Translations under genes and position numbers: made by a program
Shown: in pieces, positions 1-8,528 of the stretch
Layout of the letters: each line of letters opens with the position of its first letter
Numbering within the stretch: position 1 is the stretch's first letter
Notes under the pieces: model-generated
What the model was told of the DNA's origin: nothing
The model's input: the letters and a program-made list of their open reading frames with translations, nothing else
Databases searched by the model: none
IMG/VR virus record: IMGVR_UViG_3300037692_000053
Location: 1-37,747 of that record
DNA from: a virus
Lineage: Duplodnaviria; Caudoviricetes
Reading direction: 5' to 3' (one strand)
Length of the DNA: 37,747 nucleotides

Positions 1-506
1 CTACCAGTCAGACCACTACAATTACTAGCTTCGCAAAGCCATAACTTTTTAAAGTTTATCTGTGCGTCCATCCCCTCCCCAGGTTTTCCCACCTCTAATG
101 GGTGAAACATCCACGCAGTAAAAAATAACTCGGTGGCAGGAGGAAATACAAACGTTCGTTTGTAGTGATTATTATCTTTATATATAGTGTAATCAGCGAT
201 GAACGATTTAGTTCCACTAAGCTTATACGTACCTGTGTACTTTGTGGTGTCAGGTAGTGCAGTCTGTGCTTCATAACCGCCAATTTGTGCAGCATTTGGA
301 CCTTCGAGGATTTTTTCACCAATTACACCCTTCTCAAAATCATCCCACAGAATAACATGTGGTCCTCCACCGTGTCCGGTAACTGGTATGGTGATGATGT
401 TTCCACTGGAAATTGTTCCTGTTATTGTCCCAGGCATAGTAGGAGCTGCATTAGCGTCACTATAGATGATAAGTAGCAGTGTTAATACTGTTAAGAGATA
501 TCTCAT
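1..506 (-). CDS. Partial (runs off window start) signal-peptide-bearing protein in late operon; possible lectin/lyase-like adhesin
   Basis: Not in ORF track. ATG at 506-504 overlaps the TGA of 503..1240 (ATGA). The frame is open to base 3: MRYLLTVLTLLLIIYSDANA-APTMPGTITGTISSGNIITIPVTGHGGGPHVILWDDFEKG... Confidence 0.75.
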   Translation of the reverse strand, partial: MRYLLTVLTLLLIIYSDANAAPTMPGTITGTISSGNIITIPVTGHGGGPHVILWDDFEKGVIGEKILEGPNAAQIGGYEAQTALPDTTKYTGTYKLSGTKSFIADYTIYKDNNHYKRTFVFPPATELFFTAWMFHPLEVGKPGEGMDAQINFKKLWLCEASNCSGLTG

Positions 507-1240
507 TCTGCCGCTCCTCCTTTGAAGTACGGATACGTAACATACGTTCCGTCAGTGTGTTGTGATACTATTCCAACATTTGTCCCGGTATTGCATGGGT
601 TAGTTGGATCACTAGTAAACGTGTAATCAGGTGTTCCTAAATCAGATGGGCCTGTTCCTGTTTTACCCAACCACACACTAAATGTTGTGTCGTTATTGAT
701 GCCTGAAACTTGAGCTACAAGCCTAGTTGGTGTAGTAATTGCAGCTATCTCAATATATGTCAACGATGCTTCATTTGTTTCTTTTAAACTTTCAATAAGA
801 GTAGATCCATTATAAACTTTAACCGATAGCCTTGTTATGGTTTCAGAGTACCTATACAACTGCACCACGTAATAGTTTCCACTGTTGATTGTCGCATGCC
901 TAAGCGACAATGCATATGTTTGACCGACGACAGGGGTAGCAATTGTAATAGTATCTGCCCATTGGCACTCAACGCCAATTGATGATGATGACCTCAATAA
1001 TCTGTAATAAGGTGACGTGGTCCCGACGTTTCTAACTCCACCCCCGCCAATCTCAAAAGTACTTATATCTTGATAAAACCCTACCAGGTCATCAAACGTT
1101 TTATCTAAAACAACAGTACTTGTCCCACAAGTTCCTGGAGTTACAGAACTAGCATTATATAACTGGATTAATTGTTTAGATCCGCTTATACTTAAATTAG
1201 GAATTGCTAATAAAAATAGAACTAAAAATAATCTAAACAT
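503..1240 (-). CDS. Hypothetical beta-rich protein with N-terminal signal peptide, late operon
   Basis: 245-aa ORF coupled to both neighbours; hydrophobic N-terminus MFRLFLVLFLLAIPNLSISG; rich in S/T/G/Y. Confidence 0.75.
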   Translation of the reverse strand: MFRLFLVLFLLAIPNLSISGSKQLIQLYNASSVTPGTCGTSTVVLDKTFDDLVGFYQDISTFEIGGGGVRNVGTTSPYYRLLRSSSSIGVECQWADTITIATPVVGQTYALSLRHATINSGNYYVVQLYRYSETITRLSVKVYNGSTLIESLKETNEASLTYIEIAAITTPTRLVAQVSGINNDTTFSVWLGKTGTGPSDLGTPDYTFTSDPTNPCNTGTNVGIVSQHTDGTYVTYPYFKGGAAE

Positions 1241-2052
1241 TACTGTCCTCCATCTGTCCAGTGACTTCCATCAACTGTACCTGATAGACAATACCAACCA
1301 TCAGTACTTTCGTATTCACAATAGATAATATCTCCAATAGTACTAGTATTTGTAGCCTTATCTCCATCATCAAGAGCTACACCATCTAAAACCATTCTAT
1401 CATCAGACTGTGTGGCTACAGATACAGCAACAGCTGCACGAGTGATTACAGTAAAATTCATACCTGTAGCTAAAGCATCACAGGCTGTAACTATTGCTGC
1501 CGAAGTGATGTGGATAGTTCCATTGTAACATTCTTTTGAATTATCAGTTCCAACAGTATAAGCTGCAGCCTTAGAATTAACTGTGGGTCTTACTGCATTA
1601 TCTACTAATCCAGCATTAAGAATAAGACCTGTAGAACCTACACCTGAAGACACCGGAACTCTCATGTCAAAGTTTCCTAAATATAATGATCTGTCAGCAG
1701 TAGGATCTTCTACACTAGGAATTATCTGAAACTCATCAACCGTAGCCCCCTCCCAAACTATAGGCCCCATAGTAAGGGAGTTAGCGCCAGACAAATCTAC
1801 ATCACTTGTAGGAGTATAATTAGTAATATTTAAAAGATCACTAAAATTACCTAAGGTTACAGAAGATTCTAAGAAAGGAAATGTTGAAAATGAAGCACGT
1901 TTTAAGACATTACCGGCTTCAGAATCCAGCATTAAGATATAATCTCCTGATACAGGAGTATCTTTTATAGGATAACTATTTGCCCCAGCACCAAAGCAAC
2001 TACTGTAAATAAGAATAAGTAGGGGTGTTAAGTATTTATACATATTCTGCAC
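1240..2052 (-). CDS. Putative tail/fibre-associated protein with signal-peptide-like N-terminus
   Basis: 270-aa ORF; MYKYLTPLLILIYSSCFGA leader; DPTADR-like motif and C-terminal 'KAAAYTV...GMNFTV...DGWY' module typical of phage fibre proteins. Confidence 0.6.
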   Translation of the reverse strand: MQNMYKYLTPLLILIYSSCFGAGANSYPIKDTPVSGDYILMLDSEAGNVLKRASFSTFPFLESSVTLGNFSDLLNITNYTPTSDVDLSGANSLTMGPIVWEGATVDEFQIIPSVEDPTADRSLYLGNFDMRVPVSSGVGSTGLILNAGLVDNAVRPTVNSKAAAYTVGTDNSKECYNGTIHITSAAIVTACDALATGMNFTVITRAAVAVSVATQSDDRMVLDGVALDDGDKATNTSTIGDIIYCEYESTDGWYCLSGTVDGSHWTDGGQ

Positions 2053-2057
2053 CTTAA

Positions 2058-3353
2058 TTAGTTAAACGTTTTTACAAAATTTATAGATAAAGTATCCCAT
2101 ACTAAACCATTTACAAAGTAATCATCGTAGAGAATTAAATAGAAATAATATACGTCAGGAGTTACAACTACATTACTTAAGTTAAGAATTAACTCACCGT
2201 CCCCTCCTGCCCAATCAAACATTTCAGGATTAAGAAGTGAAGTTATTTCTAGATTATTCACATTACTGATGAGAGATATATTTTTCACACTGTATAAATT
2301 TACAGGAAGATCATTACTTAGAAGTTGTAACAAAATTGAGTTATCTCTGTTAAGGAATACAACCTCTTCTACATCTTTAACCTGGTTGGTGGTTAGACTT
2401 TTAATAGAGTAGATTCCGTTAAGTGGGAGAGTAGTATTATCTGCTGAAGCCCTTACCTTAGTTACTGTACCAGGAGATGTAAAAAGATCAGAAATATTTT
2501 CATATGAAGTTAAAATCCCTTCATTTACATCAGTAGAGATATTACCTGAAATGGATAAAGTATCTTGTAATTCAAGAGCTGATAAGATTCCAGATATTCT
2601 CTCAACTGTACCAATTGAAGAATAAGTATCTATAAGAGATTCAACACTTGCCAAAGTTCCTGAGTTAATTGTAATAGTACCAGAACTTATAAAAGTGTCA
2701 GAAGAAATTTCATTAACATCTAATGTACCTATCCAAGTAATCTCTACAGTCCCCGTAGATTCCCACACATCAGCAGATTCAATAACTTCTAAAATTGCTG
2801 AAGATGCATAAGTAGTTCCAGTGAATTCAAGAACATCTAAATCAGTTTCAGTAACTTCTAATGTACCAGAAGTATTTGCAGTATCTTCATTACTTAAGAA
2901 AACATCAGGAGAATCTGTAGCAGCAAGACTACCTGTATTAACAGTAACACTTCCTAATATCTCACAAATATCAGAAGATTCTAATGCTGCAAATATTGAA
3001 AGTGAAGTGTATGCACGTCCAGTACTGTAACAGAAATCTTTTGCACCTTCAACTGCTGCAAGAAAATTAGAAGTTAAATTTACATTTCCTACGCAAGTAA
3101 AAGTATCTTTAACAGAACTCTCAACAGCAGAGAAAGAACCTGAGTTTGTACCTCCATAGGAGTTAAAAGTGTCAGGAGTTGTTAGCTCCTGAGCACTCAT
3201 AGGACCTATAGATGTGACCCATCCATCATAAATGTAATCACCATTTTCGTCAAGGATGAATTCTCCTATAGAATCACGCAGAATTCCGTCTGTATAAAAA
3301 GCATAGAAAGAATCCTGTGAGGATTCTACAGTGGAGAAGTTTCCTGAAGCCAT
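2058..3353 (-). CDS. Putative tail protein with ~12 acidic ~23-aa repeats
   Basis: 431 aa; recurring SG(T)L-x-x-x-E-x-x-(x)-D-x-F-x-x-x-G units; follows the small tail gene 3375..3743. Confidence 0.65.
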   Translation of the reverse strand: MASGNFSTVESSQDSFYAFYTDGILRDSIGEFILDENGDYIYDGWVTSIGPMSAQELTTPDTFNSYGGTNSGSFSAVESSVKDTFTCVGNVNLTSNFLAAVEGAKDFCYSTGRAYTSLSIFAALESSDICEILGSVTVNTGSLAATDSPDVFLSNEDTANTSGTLEVTETDLDVLEFTGTTYASSAILEVIESADVWESTGTVEITWIGTLDVNEISSDTFISSGTITINSGTLASVESLIDTYSSIGTVERISGILSALELQDTLSISGNISTDVNEGILTSYENISDLFTSPGTVTKVRASADNTTLPLNGIYSIKSLTTNQVKDVEEVVFLNRDNSILLQLLSNDLPVNLYSVKNISLISNVNNLEITSLLNPEMFDWAGGDGELILNLSNVVVTPDVYYFYLILYDDYFVNGLVWDTLSINFVKTFN

Positions 3354-3374
3354 AACAAATCCCAGTCCCAGTTA

Positions 3375-3743
3375 TTATGCGTGAGTAATGGTAGCAGCAG
3401 TAAGAGTGATAAGTTCACCTGTTGTAATTGTAACAGAGTCTAAGTTAATATCTGAAGCTGAAGTTCCCACAGTAAGACCTGTGACTATATCAGTACCTCC
3501 AACAGCTGTACGAATTCGTGCGGCTGCAGCAGTACCAGTTCCGTCAGCTATGTCACTTTTAGGAAAACCACTGAAAGTAAGAACTCCTCCAGAGGATGTT
3601 CCTGCAGAAGCATTTAATGTGATGGTGGCTAAGATTGCAGCCATACCTGCAGTGCCAATCTCAATAACTCCAGTAGAACCAATTGCTGTGACTACTGCAT
3701 CAAGACGAGCATTTTTAACTGTGGTTGTGTAAGTTACGGCCAT
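3375..3743 (-). CDS. Small virion structural (tail) protein
   Basis: MAVTYTTTVKNARLDAV...GTAAAARI...GLTVGTSASDINLDSVTITTG is a pattern common in phage virion proteins; AAGGAG RBS. Confidence 0.7.
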   Translation of the reverse strand: MAVTYTTTVKNARLDAVVTAIGSTGVIEIGTAGMAAILATITLNASAGTSSGGVLTFSGFPKSDIADGTGTAAAARIRTAVGGTDIVTGLTVGTSASDINLDSVTITTGELITLTAATITHA

Positions 3744-3770
3744 TTGAAATTCTCCTTAAGAAATTTTGAT

Positions 3771-3799
3771 TTGCTACGTTTAATAATTTAATACAGCAA
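3771..3799. repeat. 29-bp dispersed palindrome copy 1
   Basis: TTGCTACGTT-TAATAATTT-AATACAGCAA, directly after the stop of 3800..4381. Confidence 0.9.
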
Positions 3800-4381
3800 T
3801 TACTCTTCAACTACATGCCCATTACACTGGGCCAACTCTATTGCTTTGTCCTTAATCCGTTGAAGGTCATCAGATGTGAAGTGTGCATGAAGGTTACGAG
3901 TGTTGATAGTTTGAGCAGCCTTACCTAAATGGCGATCCAGAACTCCATTACATTCTTTGAGGATTGAGTTAGCAGAAGCAGTCTGACCATGAACAGTACC
4001 GTCTTCAAGAACTTCCCTGATGCATTTCAAAGCGATGGGGGCTAAGTCCATAATGTCCTTAGCTAAATCAATACAGCCAACGTCTCTAGCAGCGCCCATA
4101 AGAGAAAGACGTTCCTTAACGACTGGTGAGTTACGTACATTACTGACTTGCATCACCGAGAGGGACATTGAGTCAGCGATGTCTTTATTGGTTTCACCCA
4201 ACAAAATGCGCCTCGCGATCTCATGATGACTTTCCCACATCTCTGAGACTTGCCAACCTTTCTTTTTTCCAGATTTAAACCCTTTAGACTTTCGCCCGTC
4301 AGTCCTATCTGACTGCGAATACCTGTCACCATAATCATAAGTAACATGTTCCCCCTGTGCATTAATTGTATTAGTTTCCAC
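3800..4381 (-). CDS. HTH protein, probable terminase small subunit
   Basis: HTH-like HHEIARRILLGETNKDIADSMSLSVMQVSNVRNSP followed by a helical region; first gene of the leftward virion arm; GTG start with GGAG RBS. Confidence 0.5.
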   Translation of the reverse strand: METNTINAQGEHVTYDYGDRYSQSDRTDGRKSKGFKSGKKKGWQVSEMWESHHEIARRILLGETNKDIADSMSLSVMQVSNVRNSPVVKERLSLMGAARDVGCIDLAKDIMDLAPIALKCIREVLEDGTVHGQTASANSILKECNGVLDRHLGKAAQTINTRNLHAHFTSDDLQRIKDKAIELAQCNGHVVEE

Positions 4382-4472
4382 GTTATTCTCCCTATCTTAT
4401 TGCAAATTGTAGAGCTGGTCCAGAATGTCCTCACGCCCTACGGTCGTGCAAGATTCTCCTATCATTCCAATC

Positions 4473-4501
4473 ATATTAACATATGGTGAGTGTGGTGTCA
4501 A
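4473..4501 (-). promoter_or_regulatory. Sigma70-type promoter driving the leftward (late) arm
   Basis: Minus strand TTGACA-17 bp-TAATAT with TGn extended -10, ~90 bp upstream of 4381. Confidence 0.65.
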
Positions 4502-4720
4502 TGTAAAGTTTGGTGTAAGTAATCAACCTTAAGTCAGACTCCTATACATATGATCCTCATACAAATTATCCTCATATGAATGGTAGGACTTGTGGAGAAT
4601 GTCCCCATGTCCTCATTATACATATCGTAAGAAGAGGAAGAATCGACCCACGTACTTCGTCCGTGCGATGAATGTGTTTAGAGCCTCAGCTCCTAAACGG
4701 GCCCACCGTATGAAGACCTG

Positions 4721-4749
4721 TTGCTATGTTGAATTAATAAACATAGGAA
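4721..4749. repeat. 29-bp dispersed palindrome copy 2
   Basis: TTGCTATGTT-GAATTAATA-AACATAGGAA in the divergent intergenic region. Confidence 0.9.
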
Positions 4750-5152
4750 TGTCAGGTATCTTAATGAGTATGCACAAATTGGTACATATAACAAACATAC
4801 CCCGCTGCTTATATGAATGGGTAGAGGTATGGGCCACTGGACAATCCCCCATTACCCCGGCCTGATTCCAGGGCAACGAGATTGTTGTTGCATTTACATC
4901 CACACCATGTTACAATTCATTTAACAATTGAGGACACACCTAATAACGGGTGAATATTTAACATGAGGAGAACCAGCCATGAAATTATACCACGTTATAA
5001 ATTGTTACGGTACGATAGTAGCCAGTAGTTCTAATTATGATATATGTTTGAGGCATATGTACAAATTATCAAAACGTGGATATGGTAACATATCCAATTA
5101 TTCAATCCGGTTAGTAATAGTTAAATAACAATTAAATTAAAGGAGAATAGCC

Positions 5153-5536
5153 ATGACAACCAACAATACAACCAACAATACCACAGTTGAATTTAAAATT
5201 GCTATGGATATCGACGCCAAACGTAAAGGAGATGTGGAAACTGTGAAGTTTCTCATATCGTTTAAAGGTGTGGATGATGACATTATCAGGAAAGCTGCCA
5301 TCGCGAATCAGATTGTCGGGTGGCAATCACAAATACGGAGTCATTGGGATGAGTTTATCAAAGGGGAGTTACCTGAAATAGTGACATTTGGACAGCCCCT
5401 GTTTGCATCAACCAAACGTACCATTACACGTCCTCCTACGGATGCTGAGATTCAGGCTCAAGCCGTGAATATGTTCAAAGGCCGGACACCTGAAGAGATT
5501 ATGTATTTTGTGCAGAATGGGAAGTTTGAGGAATAA
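5153..5536 (+). CDS. Hypothetical protein, first gene of rightward arm
   Basis: 127-aa ORF with AAGGAG RBS, followed by a hairpin. Confidence 0.8.
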   Translation: MTTNNTTNNTTVEFKIAMDIDAKRKGDVETVKFLISFKGVDDDIIRKAAIANQIVGWQSQIRSHWDEFIKGELPEIVTFGQPLFASTKRTITRPPTDAEIQAQAVNMFKGRTPEEIMYFVQNGKFEE

Positions 5537-5551
5537 ATTTTAATAAGCCTG

Positions 5552-5576
5552 GGACAGGAGGAATGTTCTCCTGTCC
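5552..5576 (+). terminator. Stem-loop after 5153..5536
   Basis: GGACAGGAG-gaatgtt-CTCCTGTCC perfect 9-bp stem; weak U tail. Confidence 0.5.
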
Positions 5577-5593
5577 TTCATGAGGAGAAAGTC

Positions 5594-5794
5594 ATGTCTA
5601 ACACAATGATTGTTGAGTTTGCTCACCGACGTATTCATGAGTTGACTGAGGAATTGAAGGATATGGAGAGGATTATTGAGGCATATACTTCTTATGATGA
5701 TACAGGTGTACCGAACGTAGTGAGGGTGAATGGAATGGAATGGAAAAATGGAAAAATGGAATGTCCAAATGTCATACCTACGTTCAATATGTAA
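5594..5794 (+). CDS. Hypothetical protein
   Basis: 66-aa ORF with GAGGAG RBS; 3' part overlaps the left arm of the inverted repeat. Confidence 0.55.
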   Translation: MSNTMIVEFAHRRIHELTEELKDMERIIEAYTSYDDTGVPNVVRVNGMEWKNGKMECPNVIPTFNM

Positions 5795-6212
5795 CTCTCT
5801 CCCATAATTGTAAATGGATGAATACAATTATGGGGGAAATGATAGATAAAAAGCTTGTTGAAAAAAAAAATAAAAAATTAATATAGATATATATATATAT
5901 CTATTCATTTATACATATATTTACATATTTACATTATTATATTATAGTTAACTGTCTTATTTATATATTACTATAAATTATATTAGATATGTATTTAATC
6001 ATTTATAATTATGGGGGAGAGCGTGATAATTTGAACACATATGACATAATGACATATGGATGCATTCCATTTTTCCATTCACAACATTCACAACATTATT
6101 ACATTCATGTCAGCTACGCTGATAATCAACGCTGATAATTACTGTGTAACATAGAATGTTACAAATTGATACATAAGAAGTGTTACAAATTGATACAATG
6201 TTACACGTGTAA
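5738..6212. other. Candidate replication origin: ~75-bp imperfect inverted repeat around an AT-rich core, plus short direct repeats
   Basis: 5738-5815 aligns with the reverse complement of 6001-6080; core has A10 and (TA)n; TGTTACAAATTGATACA at 6157 and 6181; ACGCTGATAAT at 6116 and 6129. Confidence 0.55.
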
Positions 6213-6241
6213 ATATGTGAAATTGTTCATGTTTATATTTA

Positions 6242-6270
6242 TTGACAAATACTCTCCCCCATGATAATAT
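6242..6270 (+). promoter_or_regulatory. Sigma70-type early promoter
   Basis: TTGACA-17 bp-TAATAT with TGn extended -10, upstream of 6318. Confidence 0.75.
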
Positions 6271-6317
6271 AACACAATAACCATTCACATCTCATTTCAT
6301 GGGTAAAGGAGAACATC

Positions 6318-6821
6318 ATGTCAATAGAACCAGTAGGAAGTTTAACAGGTAAGAAAATGCTAAAATCAGCAGAAGAATTTATGCAAAAGTTAATTGACAA
6401 ACATGGGGATAATATTCCTGAAAATCTTTTGAAAGCACACAGTGATTTAGTACAAAAAGGAGAAGAACAACTAATAAAATGTTTAGGAGAATTACCTAAA
6501 GAAATTGTACAACCTCAGGCACCTAAAGAAGTTGTCCAAAACATTAACACAATCAAAAGAGAGTTGAATAAGAATGTTAAATATATCCTTAAACCTTTCT
6601 TCAAAAGTAAAAAACGTTTGGCCAGGCTCAGTCAAGATAACACTGGTATTTGGTGGGCTAATGAAGCCCGAGACTTACGTGATTTAGGTAATTGGTATAT
6701 GTTAGGGGATAAAGATAAACTCATTGAATATAAAAATGAGTCAGAGCAAATTACTGGTATGAAATTAAAATTTGTTGAAGTAAATAAATTTGGCTTTGAA
6801 ACAACTGCGGAGATTCTTTAA
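6318..6821 (+). CDS. Hypothetical early protein
   Basis: 167-aa ORF, AAGGAG RBS. Confidence 0.8.
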   Translation: MSIEPVGSLTGKKMLKSAEEFMQKLIDKHGDNIPENLLKAHSDLVQKGEEQLIKCLGELPKEIVQPQAPKEVVQNINTIKRELNKNVKYILKPFFKSKKRLARLSQDNTGIWWANEARDLRDLGNWYMLGDKDKLIEYKNESEQITGMKLKFVEVNKFGFETTAEIL

Positions 6822-6823
6822 CT

Positions 6824-7177
6824 ATGAAACGTTCAGAGAAGAGTAAAAATAGATATAAACAACGCCAAATACGTCTGAAAGAAATAGAAGAATTGAATCG
6901 TCCCAGACAGAATCGAGAAGTTATGGGATATCTAGTCCACATTGAAACTGGTGAAATAGCAGGAAAGATTGCTTTATATATTGAAGAACAAATTTTCTGG
7001 TTTAATCCAATTCTGCCTGCACGTACAGGGTATAAGAAGTCTTATTATGCTGATAATAGATGGATAAAAGTGGAAGGAGGTGCGGAGAAAATAGCATCAT
7101 TTGAACAGCAAGGATTATATGTCGAACCTCCTAAAGACGGAATGGATAAAATCAAGTTCATGCATGAACTATATTAA
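6824..7177 (+). CDS. Hypothetical early protein
   Basis: 117-aa ORF, coupled to upstream gene, GGAG RBS. Confidence 0.75.
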   Translation: MKRSEKSKNRYKQRQIRLKEIEELNRPRQNREVMGYLVHIETGEIAGKIALYIEEQIFWFNPILPARTGYKKSYYADNRWIKVEGGAEKIASFEQQGLYVEPPKDGMDKIKFMHELY

Positions 7178-7193
7178 TTGAAGGAGCATCCAG

Positions 7194-7472
7194 ATGACTA
7201 ACCCCAACTACACCAATGCCCTAAACAAACTCGTCACCAAAGGTGACACTTGGAGCATCCCCAGTCAACAGCATCTTCAGGAAGGTGACACAGGTGGACC
7301 ACAAGTCAACACCATCAAAGAAATTCTTAAGTTGTGGGCAGCCCTAACTGTAATTGCCCTGGTCATTCTCACCTGCATTTACTCCCTACTCATTGAGGTA
7401 AGTGAACCAGGCACCACAGGACGAACCCTGAAAGTAGTATTGGTGACAGGTTGGGAATGGTTGCTGCGTTAA
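7194..7472 (+). CDS. Hypothetical membrane protein
   Basis: 92 aa; one hydrophobic segment LWAALTVIALVILTCIYSLLI; AAGGAG RBS. Confidence 0.65.
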   Translation: MTNPNYTNALNKLVTKGDTWSIPSQQHLQEGDTGGPQVNTIKEILKLWAALTVIALVILTCIYSLLIEVSEPGTTGRTLKVVLVTGWEWLLR

Positions 7473-7489
7473 ATTAATGAATGCAGCAA
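7461..7489. repeat. 29-bp dispersed palindrome copy 3
   Basis: TTGCTGCGTT-AAATTAATG-AATGCAGCAA, overlapping the stop of 7194..7472. Confidence 0.9.
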
Positions 7490-7502
7490 TGTGCTCGTCA
7501 GC

Positions 7503-7572
7503 AGGGCTGACTCACGATTATGGGGGAGTAGGGCTGACTCACGATGCAGTTTGAGTAGACTGATTCACAAAT
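7503..7572. repeat. 27-bp-period tandem repeat (~2.5 units)
   Basis: AGGGCTGACTCACGAT at 7503 and 7530; degenerate AGACTGATTCACAAAT at 7557. Confidence 0.7.
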
Positions 7573-7633
7573 TACAATTAACTTATGAACCTCACAGCAT
7601 AAGCTAATCAACTTAACATTAGGAGAAATCACC

Positions 7634-7831
7634 ATGAACTTAAAAGAATTGAAAGAAAATCTTAGTAAAGAAATCTTCGGACAAACTAAACAAGAAGCAT
7701 GTAATGAGGGAATTTGCATCTCATGTAAACAGCCTGCAATTCCTAAATGTTATTCTCAGGCTGGCTTACGTGAGTATCAAATCTCTGGGATGTGTGAAGA
7801 GTGTTTTGACAAATTGTTTGAGGAGGGCTGA
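7634..7831 (+). CDS. Small Cys-rich (Zn-binding) phage protein
   Basis: CISC...REYQISGMCEECFD; AGGAG RBS. Confidence 0.75.
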   Translation: MNLKELKENLSKEIFGQTKQEACNEGICISCKQPAIPKCYSQAGLREYQISGMCEECFDKLFEEG

Positions 7832-7998
7832 TGAATCTCCGAGTTATCTTCATCTCAGACATCTTCACCATTATCTTTGGAACATATATTAAGGCACGTG
7901 AAGAAATGGTCATACGTTATGGACGTAACTGGTCTTTCCAATATCCCTCAGCAGAAAAGGCCGGAGTGGAAAGATTCAACTTAAAACATGTAAATTAA
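7831..7998 (+). CDS. Small hypothetical protein (55 aa, not in ORF track)
   Basis: TGATG overlap with the upstream stop; MNLRVIFISDIFTIIFGTYIKAREEMVIRYGRNWSFQYPSAEKAGVERFNLKHVN. Confidence 0.65.
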   Translation: MNLRVIFISDIFTIIFGTYIKAREEMVIRYGRNWSFQYPSAEKAGVERFNLKHVN

Positions 7999-8011
7999 GG
8001 AAGAAATCAGC

Positions 8012-8224
8012 ATGTGTCTAAACCCAAAGAAACTAAAAATAAGTCCTAAGCGACAACTCAGCATCCTCAAATCTCAGGAAGAATTCTCACATCGTCTCCG
8101 CCAGTCAAACTGGTCTTCACCCACTGCTGATGTGCTGTTCAGATTGGCCGCCCTGGCAGCATTCACAGATGGTAGGTCAGACCGTCAGGTGTTTAATTTG
8201 GCAAAACTTAATGAAGGGAGATAA
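8012..8224 (+). CDS. Hypothetical protein
   Basis: 70-aa ORF with AAGGA RBS. Confidence 0.5.
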   Translation: MCLNPKKLKISPKRQLSILKSQEEFSHRLRQSNWSSPTADVLFRLAALAAFTDGRSDRQVFNLAKLNEGR

Positions 8225-8228
8225 GGAT

Positions 8229-8528
8229 ATGAAAAAAGAATTTAAAGAAGACCGAAGACAAGATAAACCAAGTTTACATTTACTTTATGTTAAATGGGCT
8301 GTGGTGCATCTTAAAGAATTACATAAGATGTTAAATAAGTTACATAAATTTAGTAATGGTAATCTACTCTCAGTCACTTTTTGTTTACAAGAAGAAATTA
8401 AAAAACTTGTAAATGAAAATGCTGCTTATAATGATGCCCAACGAATTCTGGAGAGTGTTGATAAGAAATACAGAATCTATGTAAAGAGTTTAGATGTACT
8501 TGATTATGAAGCTGCTGAAGAAGAATAA
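8229..8528 (+). CDS. Hypothetical protein (start revised from 8130)
   Basis: GGAG/AAGGA RBS precedes the in-frame ATG at 8229. Confidence 0.65.
   Translation: MKKEFKEDRRQDKPSLHLLYVKWAVVHLKELHKMLNKLHKFSNGNLLSVTFCLQEEIKKLVNENAAYNDAQRILESVDKKYRIYVKSLDVLDYEAAEEE

Noticed and set aside
95-476. ORF-track calls 95..322 (-) and 285..476 (+)
   Set aside because: Both overlap the longer, translationally coupled minus-strand frame starting at 506.
4590-4865. 91-aa plus-strand ORF in the divergent gap
   Set aside because: TTG start without a clear RBS, unremarkable composition, and it spans a palindrome; probably non-coding.
7503-7572. Mini CRISPR array
   Set aside because: Repeats are 16 bp and spacers 11 bp, with only two exact units. 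The Cas4-like nuclease sits in a recombination module and no other cas genes are present.
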